A stretch of 64,000 bases of DNA from the human T2T-CHM13v2.0 reference genome, Homo sapiens: assembly GCF_009914755.1 (NCBI RefSeq), contig NC_060927.1. The stretch is one strand, 5' to 3'. Shown one piece after another: positions 31,003 through 46,215 of the stretch. The first letter of the stretch is position 1; every line of letters begins with the position of its first letter. Both the position numbers and the translations under genes were made by a program. The notes under the pieces were generated by a model. The model was not told the DNA's origin, ran no database searches, and worked only from the letters and a program-made list of their open reading frames with translations.

Positions 31003-31352
31003 TTGGGATTCCTTCAATTGCAAACAATGGAAAACCAAATTAATCATGATTTAAACACTTTAGGACTTGTTTTTTCATATAATGAGAAATCAAGCATATA
31101 GTATGACTACTGTAGGTGTTCAATGGTCCTATTAGGGACCCAGCTCTTCCATCTCCTCTCCCATCCAAAAGACCTTGGCTTTTAACTTCACATTCACAAG
31201 ATGGCTGCTGCACTTTCTGGCACTGTGTTTGTGTTCTGGACAGAAAACATGGTAAAGGGTAAAGAATGAAAGCAGTGATGTCCAAGTCTGTCCTGTCGAA
31301 AGCTTTGCTAGATGCTCCAGCAATTGATTTTCACTATCAGGAAGTATATCAC
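31003..31352. mobile_element. Old MaLR/ERVL LTR (MLT1J/K or LTR33-like)
   Basis: 'ggattccttcaattgcaaacaatggaaaacc...caagatggctgctgcac'. Confidence 0.5.
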
Positions 31353-31355
31353 TTA

Positions 31356-31502
31356 AGCTGGGCAAGGTGGCACATGCCTGTAATCCCAGCACTTTGGGAG
31401 GCCAAGGAAGGCAGATTGCTTGAGCCCAGGAGTTTGAGACTAGTTTGGGGAATATGGCAAATCCCATCTCTACAGAAAAAAGACAAATTAGCTACTCGGG
31501 AA
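31356..31502 (+). mobile_element. Truncated AluJ/FLAM
   Basis: Left monomer 'ttgagcccaggagtttgagac', then 'attagc' joined directly to 'tactcggga' (internal deletion). Confidence 0.8.
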
Positions 31503-31542
31503 CCAGAGTTGGGAATGCTTCCTATGCAGTAGTTGTTTTTCT

Positions 31543-33328
<1,786 letters not shown>

Positions 33329-33502
33329 GTTTTTCTAGGCATTTTATCTGCATTATCTGAATGAAGTCTTGCAATAACACTATGAAGCAGGTAAAGTGAT
33401 TGTGATACCACGATTTTATGGGTTAATGGCCTGAGGTGTAGAGAAGTATGGCAGTGGCTAAGGTAGGGTTTGGCATCCAGAATCTCTGCTCTTAACCACT
33501 AC
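33329..33502. mobile_element. MIR interrupted by the L1PA2
   Basis: 'ttctaggcattttatctgcattatc...ctgaggtgtagagaagt...tgctcttaaccactac'. The left part is at about 31515-31542. Confidence 0.6.
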
Positions 33503-34109
33503 ATTAAACTGTGTATTCCAGACTATTTCCTGAGATATAAGTCTATAGAACTTTAATGCATGAGGTAAGAGAAAAGTTACTCAAAATTTCTTTTACAAGT
33601 GGAGGAATTGGAGGCCTGAGAAAGAACGGCGGTGCTGAAGGTCACCAGGATTTTTTAGTTAAAAATGGCTTGAACATGGAAATGAGACTCCTTACATATA
33701 GTTCACTGTTCTTTTCTCTAGACTATGAGACATTCTTAGTTAATTTCCAGGTCAGCTGTGAAAAGAATAGTCACACTCATTATCAGAATGATTAATCATC
33801 ATTTCAAGTATATATAAAACTTGCAAAACTGTTTTTGTCCAGTTGTTTTTATGAGCTTCTTTTGAATAGTCAGATAAATAAATGTTTGGCAGAAATTTTC
33901 CATAGGTGATTCTGCGTATTTTACATTGCACCATATCAGGAGGCCATAAAATCAGCCAGTGATGCTAATTTTCATAAGCTAAAGTGGTGCCAGCAGACTT
34001 TTTTCTAGTCTAAGGCTGTATTTTTCCCCTTGCAATGAATAAATACTCTGGAAGGGGATGGAGGGATTTCTTTGGTCCTGGCCTAGGAACTGGCTCTGCA
34101 ACAACCTTA

Positions 34110-34923
34110 TGATATGGACAAGAGGCAGGGCAATGCTGGGTAGAAAAGTGTGGGGTCCATGGCTAGAGTTCCACCCTCAAGACTGGACCTACAGCCCTAA
34201 ATGAGAACTTCATATCCCTGTTTTCTCACCGGAATGTTGCCTTTTGGCCCACCACATGCCCTATCCTGTGCCCAAAAAAACCCCAGGTTCCACTGACAGA
34301 AGAAGAGAGTGGTGTGGCAGAGAAGGACAGAAGGGAGAAGTGTCTGAACATCAAGAAGAGAGGAAGCATGGAGAGGAGTTTGGCTGGGGACGGTCTGAGA
34401 GGAGTTTGGCCAAACTCCAGGGAAAGATCACCTTCCCACTCCATCCCCTTTCCAGCTCCTCATCCCACTGAGAGCCACTTCCACCTCTTAATAAAATCTC
34501 CACATTCACCATCCTTCGAATCCATGTGACCTCACTCCTCTTGGGCATTTGACAAGAATTTGGGATGCCCTAGGTGTGGGAACCCAAAAAGGCTGTCACG
34601 CTCGCCCTTTGCCCTCACTGACAGAGGGCAACCAACCCATGCAATGAGACAAAAGGCCCACTGAGCTGGTAACATGCCTTCTGGGGCTCTGGGGGGGTCA
34701 CAAGGCACCACCTCCCATAAGACGAAGCTAAAAGATCATTGTAACACACTTTGACACTGCCACCAGAGAGAAGTGGCTGGCAGTTCCAATGTTCATTTGC
34801 TCCTTTTCCCGCACCCATCTGCTTGCATGTTCCCTCCCATAAGGGGTTGAGACTGGCAGCTGAGTAAACAAGCCACCTCTGTCACAAGTCCCATGAAGAG
34901 GTAAAGGGAACTCTCCTGTTTCA
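34110..34923 (+). mobile_element. MER50-like ERV1 solo LTR
   Basis: TG...CA ends (TGATATGGAC...CCTGTTTCA), 'aactccagggaaagatcaccttcccactccatcccc' and AATAAA at about 34490. Confidence 0.8.
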
Positions 34924-35294
34924 CTGGCATCGAATAGTTTTAGTATCTTTTGGTTGTCCTTTGCTCAATCAATCATTTCTTGGGTATTGTAAAATGGTGA
35001 CTTTTTAATACTCTTTGTCCTTCTATATTATTGACTGAATTTCCTATAAAGAAGCACTTCACCTCATTAACTAAGGGTAAAATATAGCTTCTTCTAAAAA
35101 AGCAGACTGAATACTTATTTCCATTTGATTAAAAATATTCAAGGTAAAAATTAATATAACATTGCTTCCAAGGAGATTTAAGTTTTTGTCTTTTGGTTTT
35201 TGTTTTTATTTTCTTGTCTCCCGTTTTTCTTTTTTTCCAAAAAGTGTCACTCTAGACACATGAGCTAGTATTTATTCAATATGTTACAATCAAA

Positions 35295-35830
35295 CTTCCA
35301 GGAAATGAAGAAAGAATAAAAATGCTAAAAGACAGACAACATGAGACAATTCTAGATGTAAGACGTTCTACAAAATAACTGTTTTGATCTGTACCAAAAG
35401 TCAATATAATGAGAAAACAAATGGATACCTGTCACAGGATAATATAGACCAAAGGGAAATAATTTTTAATTCAATGAATGATTTTCATAGTTGTCCAAAG
35501 TCAAATGGGTTAAAATTGAATGTTGACTGTATATTAACTATTTAAAAAATTACTGTTTTATTTGTGATATGATAGTGACATTGTGATTATGTGGGAGAAT
35601 ACCTTTGTAAGGGAGGCATCCTAAAGAAATTATGGATGAAGGATTATGATATGTGCAGCTTACATAAATTCTATAAAATAAGTTTGTTAACACACAGTCA
35701 CAATACTTAATGTGGCATATCAAAATATGGCAAAATGTTAAGCATTGAATTTATTTGTAGAGTATATAGGTGATCATTATTTTATTAATTCATTTTTTTC
35801 TTAATGAGAAAATTTATTTTAAGCGTTTTA
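35295..35830 (+). mobile_element. Ancient L1ME-like 3' fragment
   Basis: 'tgatagtgacattgtgattatgt...atatggcaaaatgttaa...gagtatataggtg'. Confidence 0.5.
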
Positions 35831-36149
35831 GAGAAAAATAGATGGCTATGGTTGCTTTGGAAATGTAGGATACTTTCTTAATTTTATAGTCTACAGCAGT
35901 GTTTTCTGAAATATGTGTTTTGCCTTGTTTGATTGGTTCAATATTCACGTAGAGAGGGCTGGAACCCCTGTCTTTACTTTAGGTAGGATAGATTTTAATC
36001 TAATTTATATTTTGGGAACCTCCTTACGATTTTATTTCTAAAAATTATAATACTTTTGGAATGAAGTTATCCATTTAGTCACAAGATCCTTGATGAAATT
36101 TTCCTCAACTGGCCAATGTTTTGCATACCTGATTAAGAGTCTTATAATA

Positions 36150-36355
36150 GAGATTGGCAATGGACCAGATGGCAAATATTTTAGTCTTTGTTAGCTACAC
36201 AGTCTCTCTTACAACTACCCAGTGTGGCCTCATTAGTGGATGAAGCAGCCATGGAAAACATGCAAATGAAAGGGTGTGGCTGTGTTTCAATAAAACTTTA
36301 TTTACATAAATAGTTAAGTGACCTGATTTAGTCTGAAGAAAGTGTGCAGATGCTT
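36150..36355. mobile_element. MER58A hAT-Charlie MITE
   Basis: 'ggaccagatggcaaatatttt...gcagccatggaaaacatgcaaatgaaagggtgtggctgtgtttcaataaaactttattt'. Confidence 0.75.
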
Positions 36356-37067
36356 GTCAATCACATCAAAACATAGGGACAGTTTTGTGATGTGATACCA
36401 TGACTCCTTCTTTCTCAGGAACTGTGCACATGTTGCTATCTTTCTCTGAAAATTTCTCACCTCTCCTCGCACCTAGTTAATTATTTCTCATTTTTAATTT
36501 CTCCCCATAAGCATCTCATCCCCCCGAAAAAAGATTCCTTGATTAGGTCAATTCCTGAACTGCATGATTTTATCTTTCTCACAGCATTCATAACAATCAT
36601 GCATTTATATCACTAGTTGATTAACTCTTAAGATTATTGATTAATGATCATCTTCTGGGATGGAAATTCTTCAGGACAGGAACAGTTTCTGTTTTGCTGT
36701 ATTGTTGTTGTTGCTATTGTTGTTTTTTTATCGATTTTCTTTGGCCTTTTTTCACTGTTTTATCACCAGACTAGGAGAATACCTGGCACTCAAGTATTAG
36801 TTGAATGGATTAGGTGATTGCCTTCCAGGCCTAGCTGCTGTTATACTGTGGATATAAAGAATAAGACAGAAGTTTAAAAGATATTAATGGACATATTAAT
36901 TTGTAAGCTGAGATAAGTTATTTTTCTTTTCGAATCCATTGTCTTTTAAATGCCGGTGAAACAAAAGCATAAGAAATGTGGTATGAAACCTGTTAGTTAG
37001 CATACTAATGGTTTAGCTGAATCCTGGGAATGTTCTAAATTTCTCACCATATTTAAAAATAGTTCGG

Positions 37068-37386
37068 GGCTGAGTGCGGTGGCTCACGCATATAATCCCA
37101 GCACTTTGGGAGTCCAAGGCAGGTGGATCATTTGAGGTAAGGAATTTAAGACCAGCATGGCCAACATGGTAAAATCCCGTCTCTACTAAAAATACAAAAA
37201 TTAGCTGGGCATGGTGGCATGCGCCTGTAATCTCAGTTACTCAGGAGTCTGAGGCAGGAGAATTGCTTGAGCCTGGGAGGTGGAGGTTGTGGTGAGTCAA
37301 GATCACGCCACTGCACTCCAGTCTGGGTGACAGAGTGAGACCCTGTCTCAAAAAAAAAAAAAAAAAAAAAAGAAAGAAAGAATAAG
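37068..37386 (+). mobile_element. AluS SINE
   Basis: Full dimer, long A-tail, TSD AAAATAGTT. Confidence 0.92.
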
Positions 37387-37595
37387 AAAATAGTTTTAAG
37401 CTTGAGTAATGAAGTCTTAATGAATTATATGTGACTTAAGTTATTTGAGTTTTCTTCACAGAGGACATTGGCTTATTTCTTGTGTTATATAGAACAAAGT
37501 TCAAATTCTATGAAGTGATCCCTCAAACCCCCTAATATCTGGTCCCAATAATTAACCAGTTATTTTGTTGTTCTGATACATCTTCTGCTTTTGTC

Positions 37596-37701
37596 AAACT
37601 GGCTTATTTGTTTCTTGAATCGTATCTTTGGGTTTTCCCAACTTTGTGAAACTGGCTTATTTGTTTCTGGAATCTTATCTTTGGGTTTGTCCAACTCTGT
37701 G
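37596..37701. repeat. 53-bp tandem duplication
   Basis: AAACTGGCTTATTTGTTTC...TGTG at 37596-37648 and 37649-37701, with 5 differences. Confidence 0.9.
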
Positions 37702-37998
37702 ACTTTCTATATTCTGAACCTTTCCGTGAATTTATTGCCTCCATTATCTTGTACTTTCTAATTTAATTCAACTGCTCGTTTTTCATGTGACTATTTTCCA
37801 ACCAAAACATAAATTAATTTTACAAAATTATTTTATTGTTTAGTTTTGTCACAATCAGTTATGCAATAAATGCTGTACAGTGGACACTTCATGAAAATAT
37901 TTTGAATATTGGGTTGCTTCATGAGGGCTATCCAGATGATAAAGCTGGTAATAGCTCTCATCTGTGATATATATGGTAAACATGTTTTTACCAACCTG

Positions 37999-38630
37999 TG
38001 TGGTAGGAGTTATTAAGAAATTATTTTAGGCAGATAGAGAGGAAAAGGGGTCCTTGGGAAGCTTTTGTTTTTTAAAGCATCTCCAGAAAAGTTTCTTGTA
38101 AAGCCCAGGCTCTTAGATCCAGGCAGGCAAACTTTGGTATGCAAATACCAGCCATTAGAAACTGGGTCCACCCAACATGGCTATTAGGAGGCCTTCTTGC
38201 CCTTGCCCAGCATGTTCCTGGCAACATGGCCACCCCCACATATCCCCATGTGTGTAGAACATCATGGCACCCCACATTTGCAGATTAAAAGAGTAGGGTG
38301 GGAGGGCCAGCTCTTTTGCGGGCTACATGAATGACATGCCTAGTCAAACCAATCCCCTGAGCCCTATGCAAATCAAACACTGCTTCCTCTAGCCTCTGCA
38401 TGTATACCTGGCTGGTGTCCCTGGCAGGTGGGGACCTCATCTTTCAGCTTCGGAGCCCCCTTCCCTCTGTGTCTGTACAGGGGAGCTTCTTCTTTCTTCC
38501 TTCTCCCTTCCTTCTTGCCTGTTAAACTTTCCACTCCTTAAAACCACTCCGTGTGTGTCCCTGTCATTTTACCTAAACCGGCATGAGGACCAGGAACCCT
38601 GGTGTTCCTCCACTCATTGGAGCCATATCA
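37999..38630 (+). mobile_element. Intact ERV1 solo LTR (MER61-like)
   Basis: TG...CA termini with 4-bp TSD CCTG (37995-37998 and 38631-38634). Start 'ggagttattaagaaattattttaggcagatag'. Confidence 0.85.
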
Positions 38631-39097
38631 CCTGGACTATCCTGCAGTTAAAACATAATTAAGCTAGAATCAGTCTTTGTCATTAAGCTTAACTTATATA
38701 AATATCTGTCTGCTGAGTTTTATATTTTTAATTAAAATTAAGATTTAATATAATGTTGGTAACTTTGAGGTGATAAAACATCTGTGAAGGTGGTGGCAGT
38801 TCTGCAGTTGATCTGCATAAGATTTACTGTTTCTGAGATGAGAAATAATTACAATATTTCCCGAAAATAAGTCTGTTTGTCCATTTAAAACCAAAAACCA
38901 TATCAAAATGAATAGAAAAGGTCAATCTTGTTAAATTGAGCACAGTCCAAATGAGCTAAATTTCATTTTCTACCACACTCATTCTTCTTTAATGAGCAGA
39001 AAAATGAAAATGTATTTTTTTTTGCTTCTTAATGGAGCATGAAGAAAGAAAGGGAGAAAAAACTCAGAGGCATTTGTTTTCCTATGAATCCGTTGAG

Positions 39098-39131
39098 ATA
39101 AGATGATCCATCTCATAAGATGATCCATCTC
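39098..39131. repeat. Perfect 17-bp tandem duplication
   Basis: ATAAGATGATCCATCTC x2. Confidence 0.95.
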
Positions 39132-40740
39132 TGACCTAAGCTACTCCACTAATCGGGGGTGGGGAGTTTGGGAGAAGATCAGTGCCTTTTTTGAGTTATT
39201 TTTAAATGATTTACATTTTATTGAATTCTGATTTCAGAAGGTCACTTTGTTTTTGTTGACTTGGATTCTGTATCTCTAAGGAGAATTTAAAGTATTATAG
39301 TAATTTGAGATGATTTCCTAAATAATTTAAGTTAAAGCACTAGCTGTTGAAAACAGTATCAAGTTAAGGTAACTGATAACTGTCTGATCCTTGCATTTGA
39401 AGATAAACTTTAATAGAGTGTGAGTGTGTGTTGTGTGTGTACATAGTCATCATAAATCTGTGTGATACTCTGTAGCTTTTATTCTTGTAAATCTCTTAAA
39501 ATGGATGCCATTGTAAATTGCTTTAAGAAATGGTAAACACAAACTTGAAGTTAGGATTTAAAATGTATCATATCAGGGCACAGTGATAAAAATGCCCTAG
39601 TAAAGTTCAGTATATGAAGTGGGCAATAGAGGAAGCTAATCCTAGATTGCAAGCTGGACTGCATCATGAAAAGTATAGATGCAAGAAGGACAAATTTTAG
39701 TTTTTAGAGGGTTGTGAATTATTAGAGTTGGTAGGAAAGGACAGCGATGTAATTGAATACTTATTTTAGCACAATTAATCTGAGGGTGACCTAGAGAATA
39801 ACGTGGTATGAAAGCGCTGGGGATGCACATAACAGCAGATAAGTTCTCAGTGTGATCTAGCAAAGAGGAGCTCTCAGCATGATCTAACAATGGTAGGAAG
39901 AGGAATGACTGAACTAAACAACATTTAGAAGAAAGACATGAAGTCTTGGCTATTACTTCATGTTGAAAATAAGGAAGCCCACAAACAATTTGGGCATGAC
40001 TGATTTTTCTATAGCTGCAGTGACGAGTAAACTGCCAAGCAAACAACTTGTTCAATCGATCATGCCCATCAGGCAACAGCACAAAACACACTGATAAAGT
40101 CAACATGCATTTTCTTCCACACTTTCACATCTGTTAGCAACCCAACTGCAAACAAATTCTTCTACCAGATTCCATAGTAGATCATCAGTTTGCTCTGCCA
40201 AATGAAACAATTCCTGGTCACCATAGTTCACCTTTGTTTCAGCAATAAGCCTTTTTGGTTTCAAATTCTGAGTGGTGAACTCTTTCTTTGGTAATGGTTT
40301 CTACATTTTATCAATGCCTTGACATTCTGTCATGTTTCTTTGCATTTAATTATTAAACTTCTCAAAACAATGTTTTGTAGTCGATGCCTTTATTTTCTTA
40401 GTATCTGTTTCCTCCTCATTTGTATACAGTGGAGCTGCCTAACACAATCTAAACATTTAATTCTTGATGAATGATATTCAAAATTTTTTTAATTAACTTG
40501 AACCTACTTTTCACCAACTTGAACTCTCATTACACACTTTATTCAAGTTAAACTAGACTATTCTTCCCTATTTTAAGATGCTACATGGAGTAGCTCTTGC
40601 ATGTTTTTTACCAGCATTCTTCTCTCCTAGAATGTCCTCCTCCTAGTTTCCACATAAATTCGGTCTATCTCACCTCCTACCTGTTCCTTGAGGCAGCCTC
40701 TGACTCCAGATTTAAACAACTCCTTACTCCTAATAACACT

Positions 40741-41157
40741 TGTATTAGTTTTCATGGGTTGCCGTAACAAAATACCACAGACTGGTGGCTTCAACATCAT
40801 AAATTTATATTCTCACAGTTCTGGAAGTGAGACATCCAAGATCAAAGAGCCGGCAGAGTTGGTTTCCTTCTAGGTTTCTTTCCTTGGCTTGCAGATGGCG
40901 TCCCTCTTGCTGCTTCTTCACAAGGTAGTCCCTCTGTGCATATGTACCCCAGGTGTCTCTCTCTATGTCCTAATCTCTTCTTATAAGGACCCAGTGATGT
41001 TGGATTAGGGCCCACACTAATGGCCTCATTTTAAGCTCATTACCTCTTTAAAGGACTTACCTCCAAATACAGCTACATGCTAAGACACTGGGTATTGGAG
41101 CTTCGAACACATACACTTTAGCATGGTGGGGAGAACGTTATTCAGCCCAGGAAAACA
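40741..41157 (-). mobile_element. MLT1B MaLR solo LTR
   Basis: 'tgtattagttt...taacaaaataccacagactggtggctt...ttggattagggcccac...attcagccca'. Confidence 0.85.
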
Positions 41158-41567
41158 GTTATATAAAATCACTGGTTCCCTGAGCTTGTGATTTAATAGA
41201 CAAACACAGTTTGCCAAAAGCAGACCCCTCTCACACACAAATAAAAATATGAAGGTCACTTAATGTTGCTAACATTCTTTTAAACATAATTTCTGATGAA
41301 CAAATCATCTAATAATGCCATCATTTTATAACCTGCATTACAGCATCATAATTATCATGGAAAGCATGAAATAAATTGAACTTTATGAAAACCTAACTAC
41401 ATTGTTCTTATTTTTGTCATTCTGCTATAGACCAGTGAGAACTTTATCATAAACCAGCTCTAGTCACTGGTTATCATCTGGGAAGCACCAATGCATAATA
41501 GTCATTTTTAATAATCACCTATGATACACTTATTTATAATACTCCTGTATTTTTATATATGTATATA

Positions 41568-42069
41568 CAGTTGACCCTTGAACAACACAGGTTTGAACCA
41601 TGTAAGAACACTTGCATGTGGATTTTTTTCAATACAAGTTACACTAAGTGTGCCTGGCTCTCCTGCCTCCCTTTCTATCTCCTCTACCTCTTCCACTTTT
41701 GTCACCCTGAGACAGCAAAAACAGCTCTTCCTCTTCCTTCCCCTTCTCAGCTCCTCAATGTGAGGAAGATGAGGATGACGATCTTTATGATGATACACTT
41801 CCACTCAATGCATAGTAAATAATTTTCTCTTCATGATTTTTAAAATAATATTTCCTTTTCTATAGCTAACATTATTGTAAGAATACAATATGTAATATAT
41901 ACAGCATACATAATGTGTATTAATCAATGGTTTATGTTATCGGTAAGGCTTCTGGTCAAAAGGAAGCTATTAGTAGTTAAGTTTGTGGGTAGTCAAAATT
42001 TTATACACAAATTTTCTACTGCATACGGGTTCAGAGCCCCTAGCCCCTGCATTGTTCAGGAGTCAACTG
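41568..42069 (+). mobile_element. Tigger2a (MER28) DNA transposon
   Basis: TIRs CAGTTGACCCTTGAACAA / TTGTTCAGGAGTCAACTG flanked by TA. Confidence 0.9.
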
Positions 42070-42727
42070 TAGATATGTATATTTCTGTCTATATATTTGT
42101 GTCTCTGGGGTCATTGAGTTGTCACTTGCTTCCAAAATTCATAATCGGTCCTAGTAACTACAGATCTAAAGCAAAATTTGGGGTACTTCCTGGGGATCTC
42201 CTTTTCTGTCATCTTTGACACCCTTTCTGAAGTTTTTAATATCCTCCATTTCTAATGTTTGAAACTGAGAGGCAAAGCTGGAATGCTCGTTTTTGAACAT
42301 TCCCCACCTCTGTCTTCTGTCAGTCTCTCTTTCTCATCATTCCCTCTGAGGCTCTACCTGACATCTTCCTAGGTGATATTTTCCTTCCTATTCATGGGAT
42401 AAATATGATATCAGAACTTCAAGGAATAAAATCACATCACTGGTGAAAGAAAATGGGTTGGGAGGTGTTATTAAAACATTATGTTCTTCATTTTTTAAAT
42501 TGTTAATTATTTTATCTTCACAGAGGGATTACTTTCCTCACTTTGTTATATATCCTGGAAGCTATGAACAATGATGCTTCTTCATACTCTTCAACCTCAT
42601 CATGATACCTTGCACGAAGCAGGAGCTCAACTAATTTGGGTTGAGGCCAGAATGCCAATAGTGAGCAAAAAAGGATGATATTTGACACTTGGCATTGAAT
42701 ATCTGAATCATGATGTCCACATAACTA

Positions 42728-44260
<1,533 letters not shown>

Positions 44261-45019
44261 TATTTGGTGACTGGGAAAATAAATTCCTATTTGGAATTTA
44301 TTTATGCCAAAGAAATGAAATAAATATATGAAAGTTCTTCTAAGCTGTAACTTGCCATTCATAGTTTTATCCCTATGAAAAAGAAAATGAAATAAAGCAA
44401 ATATCAAGAATCACATTAATGAATCATACTAATTATCTATTTGAACAATAACTTAGTGTTTTATGGTGTACACAACAATTATTTCAAATAAAATGATTTT
44501 TTATTTTGCATCCATTTATATTTGGCATATTTTTGACATTTTTCAAGAAGCAAAAATGGTACATTTTCTGTGGACATAGCTTGGGAAGAAAACTTAAGTC
44601 CAGTGGCCAGAAAGGAAATAGGTGTTGAGACAAGAATAAAATACCAATGCTTCCTTTTATATTTGTGCATTGAACCTATTTTATTTAATTCTATAAGCCA
44701 TTTTTCAGATGTCACCAAAGTTTAAACTGCTACTGGGTATAAAATTTAAAATAAATTGCCTTTGGAAAACTCTAAAAACTAAAAACAAAAACAAAAACAA
44801 AAAAAAACTAGGTTTGGCTTAGTTGGACCCCAAATGGGTTTTTAAAACATCAGTTGAAAAATAGACTTCTCGTCTTAGTGCTGTTATTGTATGTGTTTTA
44901 ATAGCTTCTTTTAAAAAATTTCCTCTGGAATAATATTCATTAACTTTCACACTGAATTTTTACAAATTATTATTTTTATTACTTTGGCATGTGTCTATAC
45001 TTTAGTTAGGATGAGTTGC

Positions 45020-45536
45020 TATCATCAGTCAGGCTTCTTCAAAGAAACAGAACCAATATAATAAGTGTGTGTGTGTGTGTGTGTGTGTGTACATGTGTGT
45101 GTGTGTATATATATACGCATATATAAAGAGATTTATTACAAGGAATTGCTTTAGAAGGATTCTGAAAGCTAGCAAATTAAAAATCTGCAAAGTAGGCTGG
45201 AAGGCTAGAGACCCAGGAGAGGCAATACTGCAGCTCTAATGTGAAGACTGTCAGGCTCGAGGCCTAGGATGGCAAATGCCGCAGTTTGAATCTGTAGGCT
45301 ATCTGCTAGAGAATTCTTTTTTGCGCAGGGGAGCCTGGTCATTTGTTCTATTTAGGCCTTCAACTGATTGGATGAGGCCCACCCACTTTATGGACGGCAA
45401 CCTGATTTACTTGGTGACCAATTTAAATGTTACCCTCATCTACGAATGCCCTCACAGAAACACCCAGAATAATGTTTGACCAAATATTTGTGCACCCCAT
45501 GGCTCAGAGAAGCTGACACATAAAATTAAACATAGT
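45020..45536 (-). mobile_element. MLT2 (ERVL) LTR with (GT)n
   Basis: 'agaaacagaaccaata...gagatttattacaaggaattg...caactgattggatgaggcccaccc...ctgacacataaaattaa'. (GT)13 at 45065-45090. Confidence 0.8.
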
Positions 45537-45850
45537 AGGTGAGGTATGATTTTACAGGTTCATGTTACATGTCCGCCAAGAAAGCTATGAAAAATTTTAT
45601 TTTATAGCAGCATGATTCGTGAAGCCAAATGAGATAAAATTATGTTTTTAGTGGTAGTCTTGTTTGGATGAATAAATTCTTTTCTAAGAGAAAGATAGCA
45701 ATTCTGTTTATTTAGTATGTTACAGTTTACAAGGCACTTTCACATATGTTAGCACTTTTTATCAGTCAGCACCATTCTCTTCAAAGCTTTGGCTGCAGGC
45801 CCTGCTACCAAGTTATGGACTGTATCTATCACAAGCAAAGTAAAGTTCGG

Positions 45851-46215
45851 TGTTGTATTTGTTCTCATGCTGCTAATAAAGACATACCTGAGACTGGGTA
45901 ATTTGTAAAGGAAAAGGTTTAATTGACTCACAGTTTCACATGGTTGGGAAGGCCTCAAAATCATGGCAGAAAGCAAGGAGTAGGAAAGTCACGTCTTACA
46001 TGGTGGCACACAAGAGACAGCGTGTGTGCAGGGGAACTCTCCTTTATAAAACCATTGGATTTTATAAGACATATTCACTATCACAAGAATAGCACAGGAC
46101 AGACCTGAGCCCATGATTCAATTACCTCCCACCGGGTCCCTTCCATGACATGTGGGAATTATGGGAGCTACAATTCAAGATGAGATTTGGGTGGGGACAT
46201 AGCCAAACCATATCA
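45851..46215 (-). mobile_element. THE1 (THE1C-like) solo LTR
   Basis: 'atgctgctaataaagacatacctgagactggg...gagatttgggtggggacatagccaaaccatatca'. Confidence 0.9.

Noticed and set aside
39642-40106. 154-aa minus-strand ORF
   Set aside because: Non-ATG start, overlaps degenerate L2-like sequence, and shows no recognisable protein similarity.
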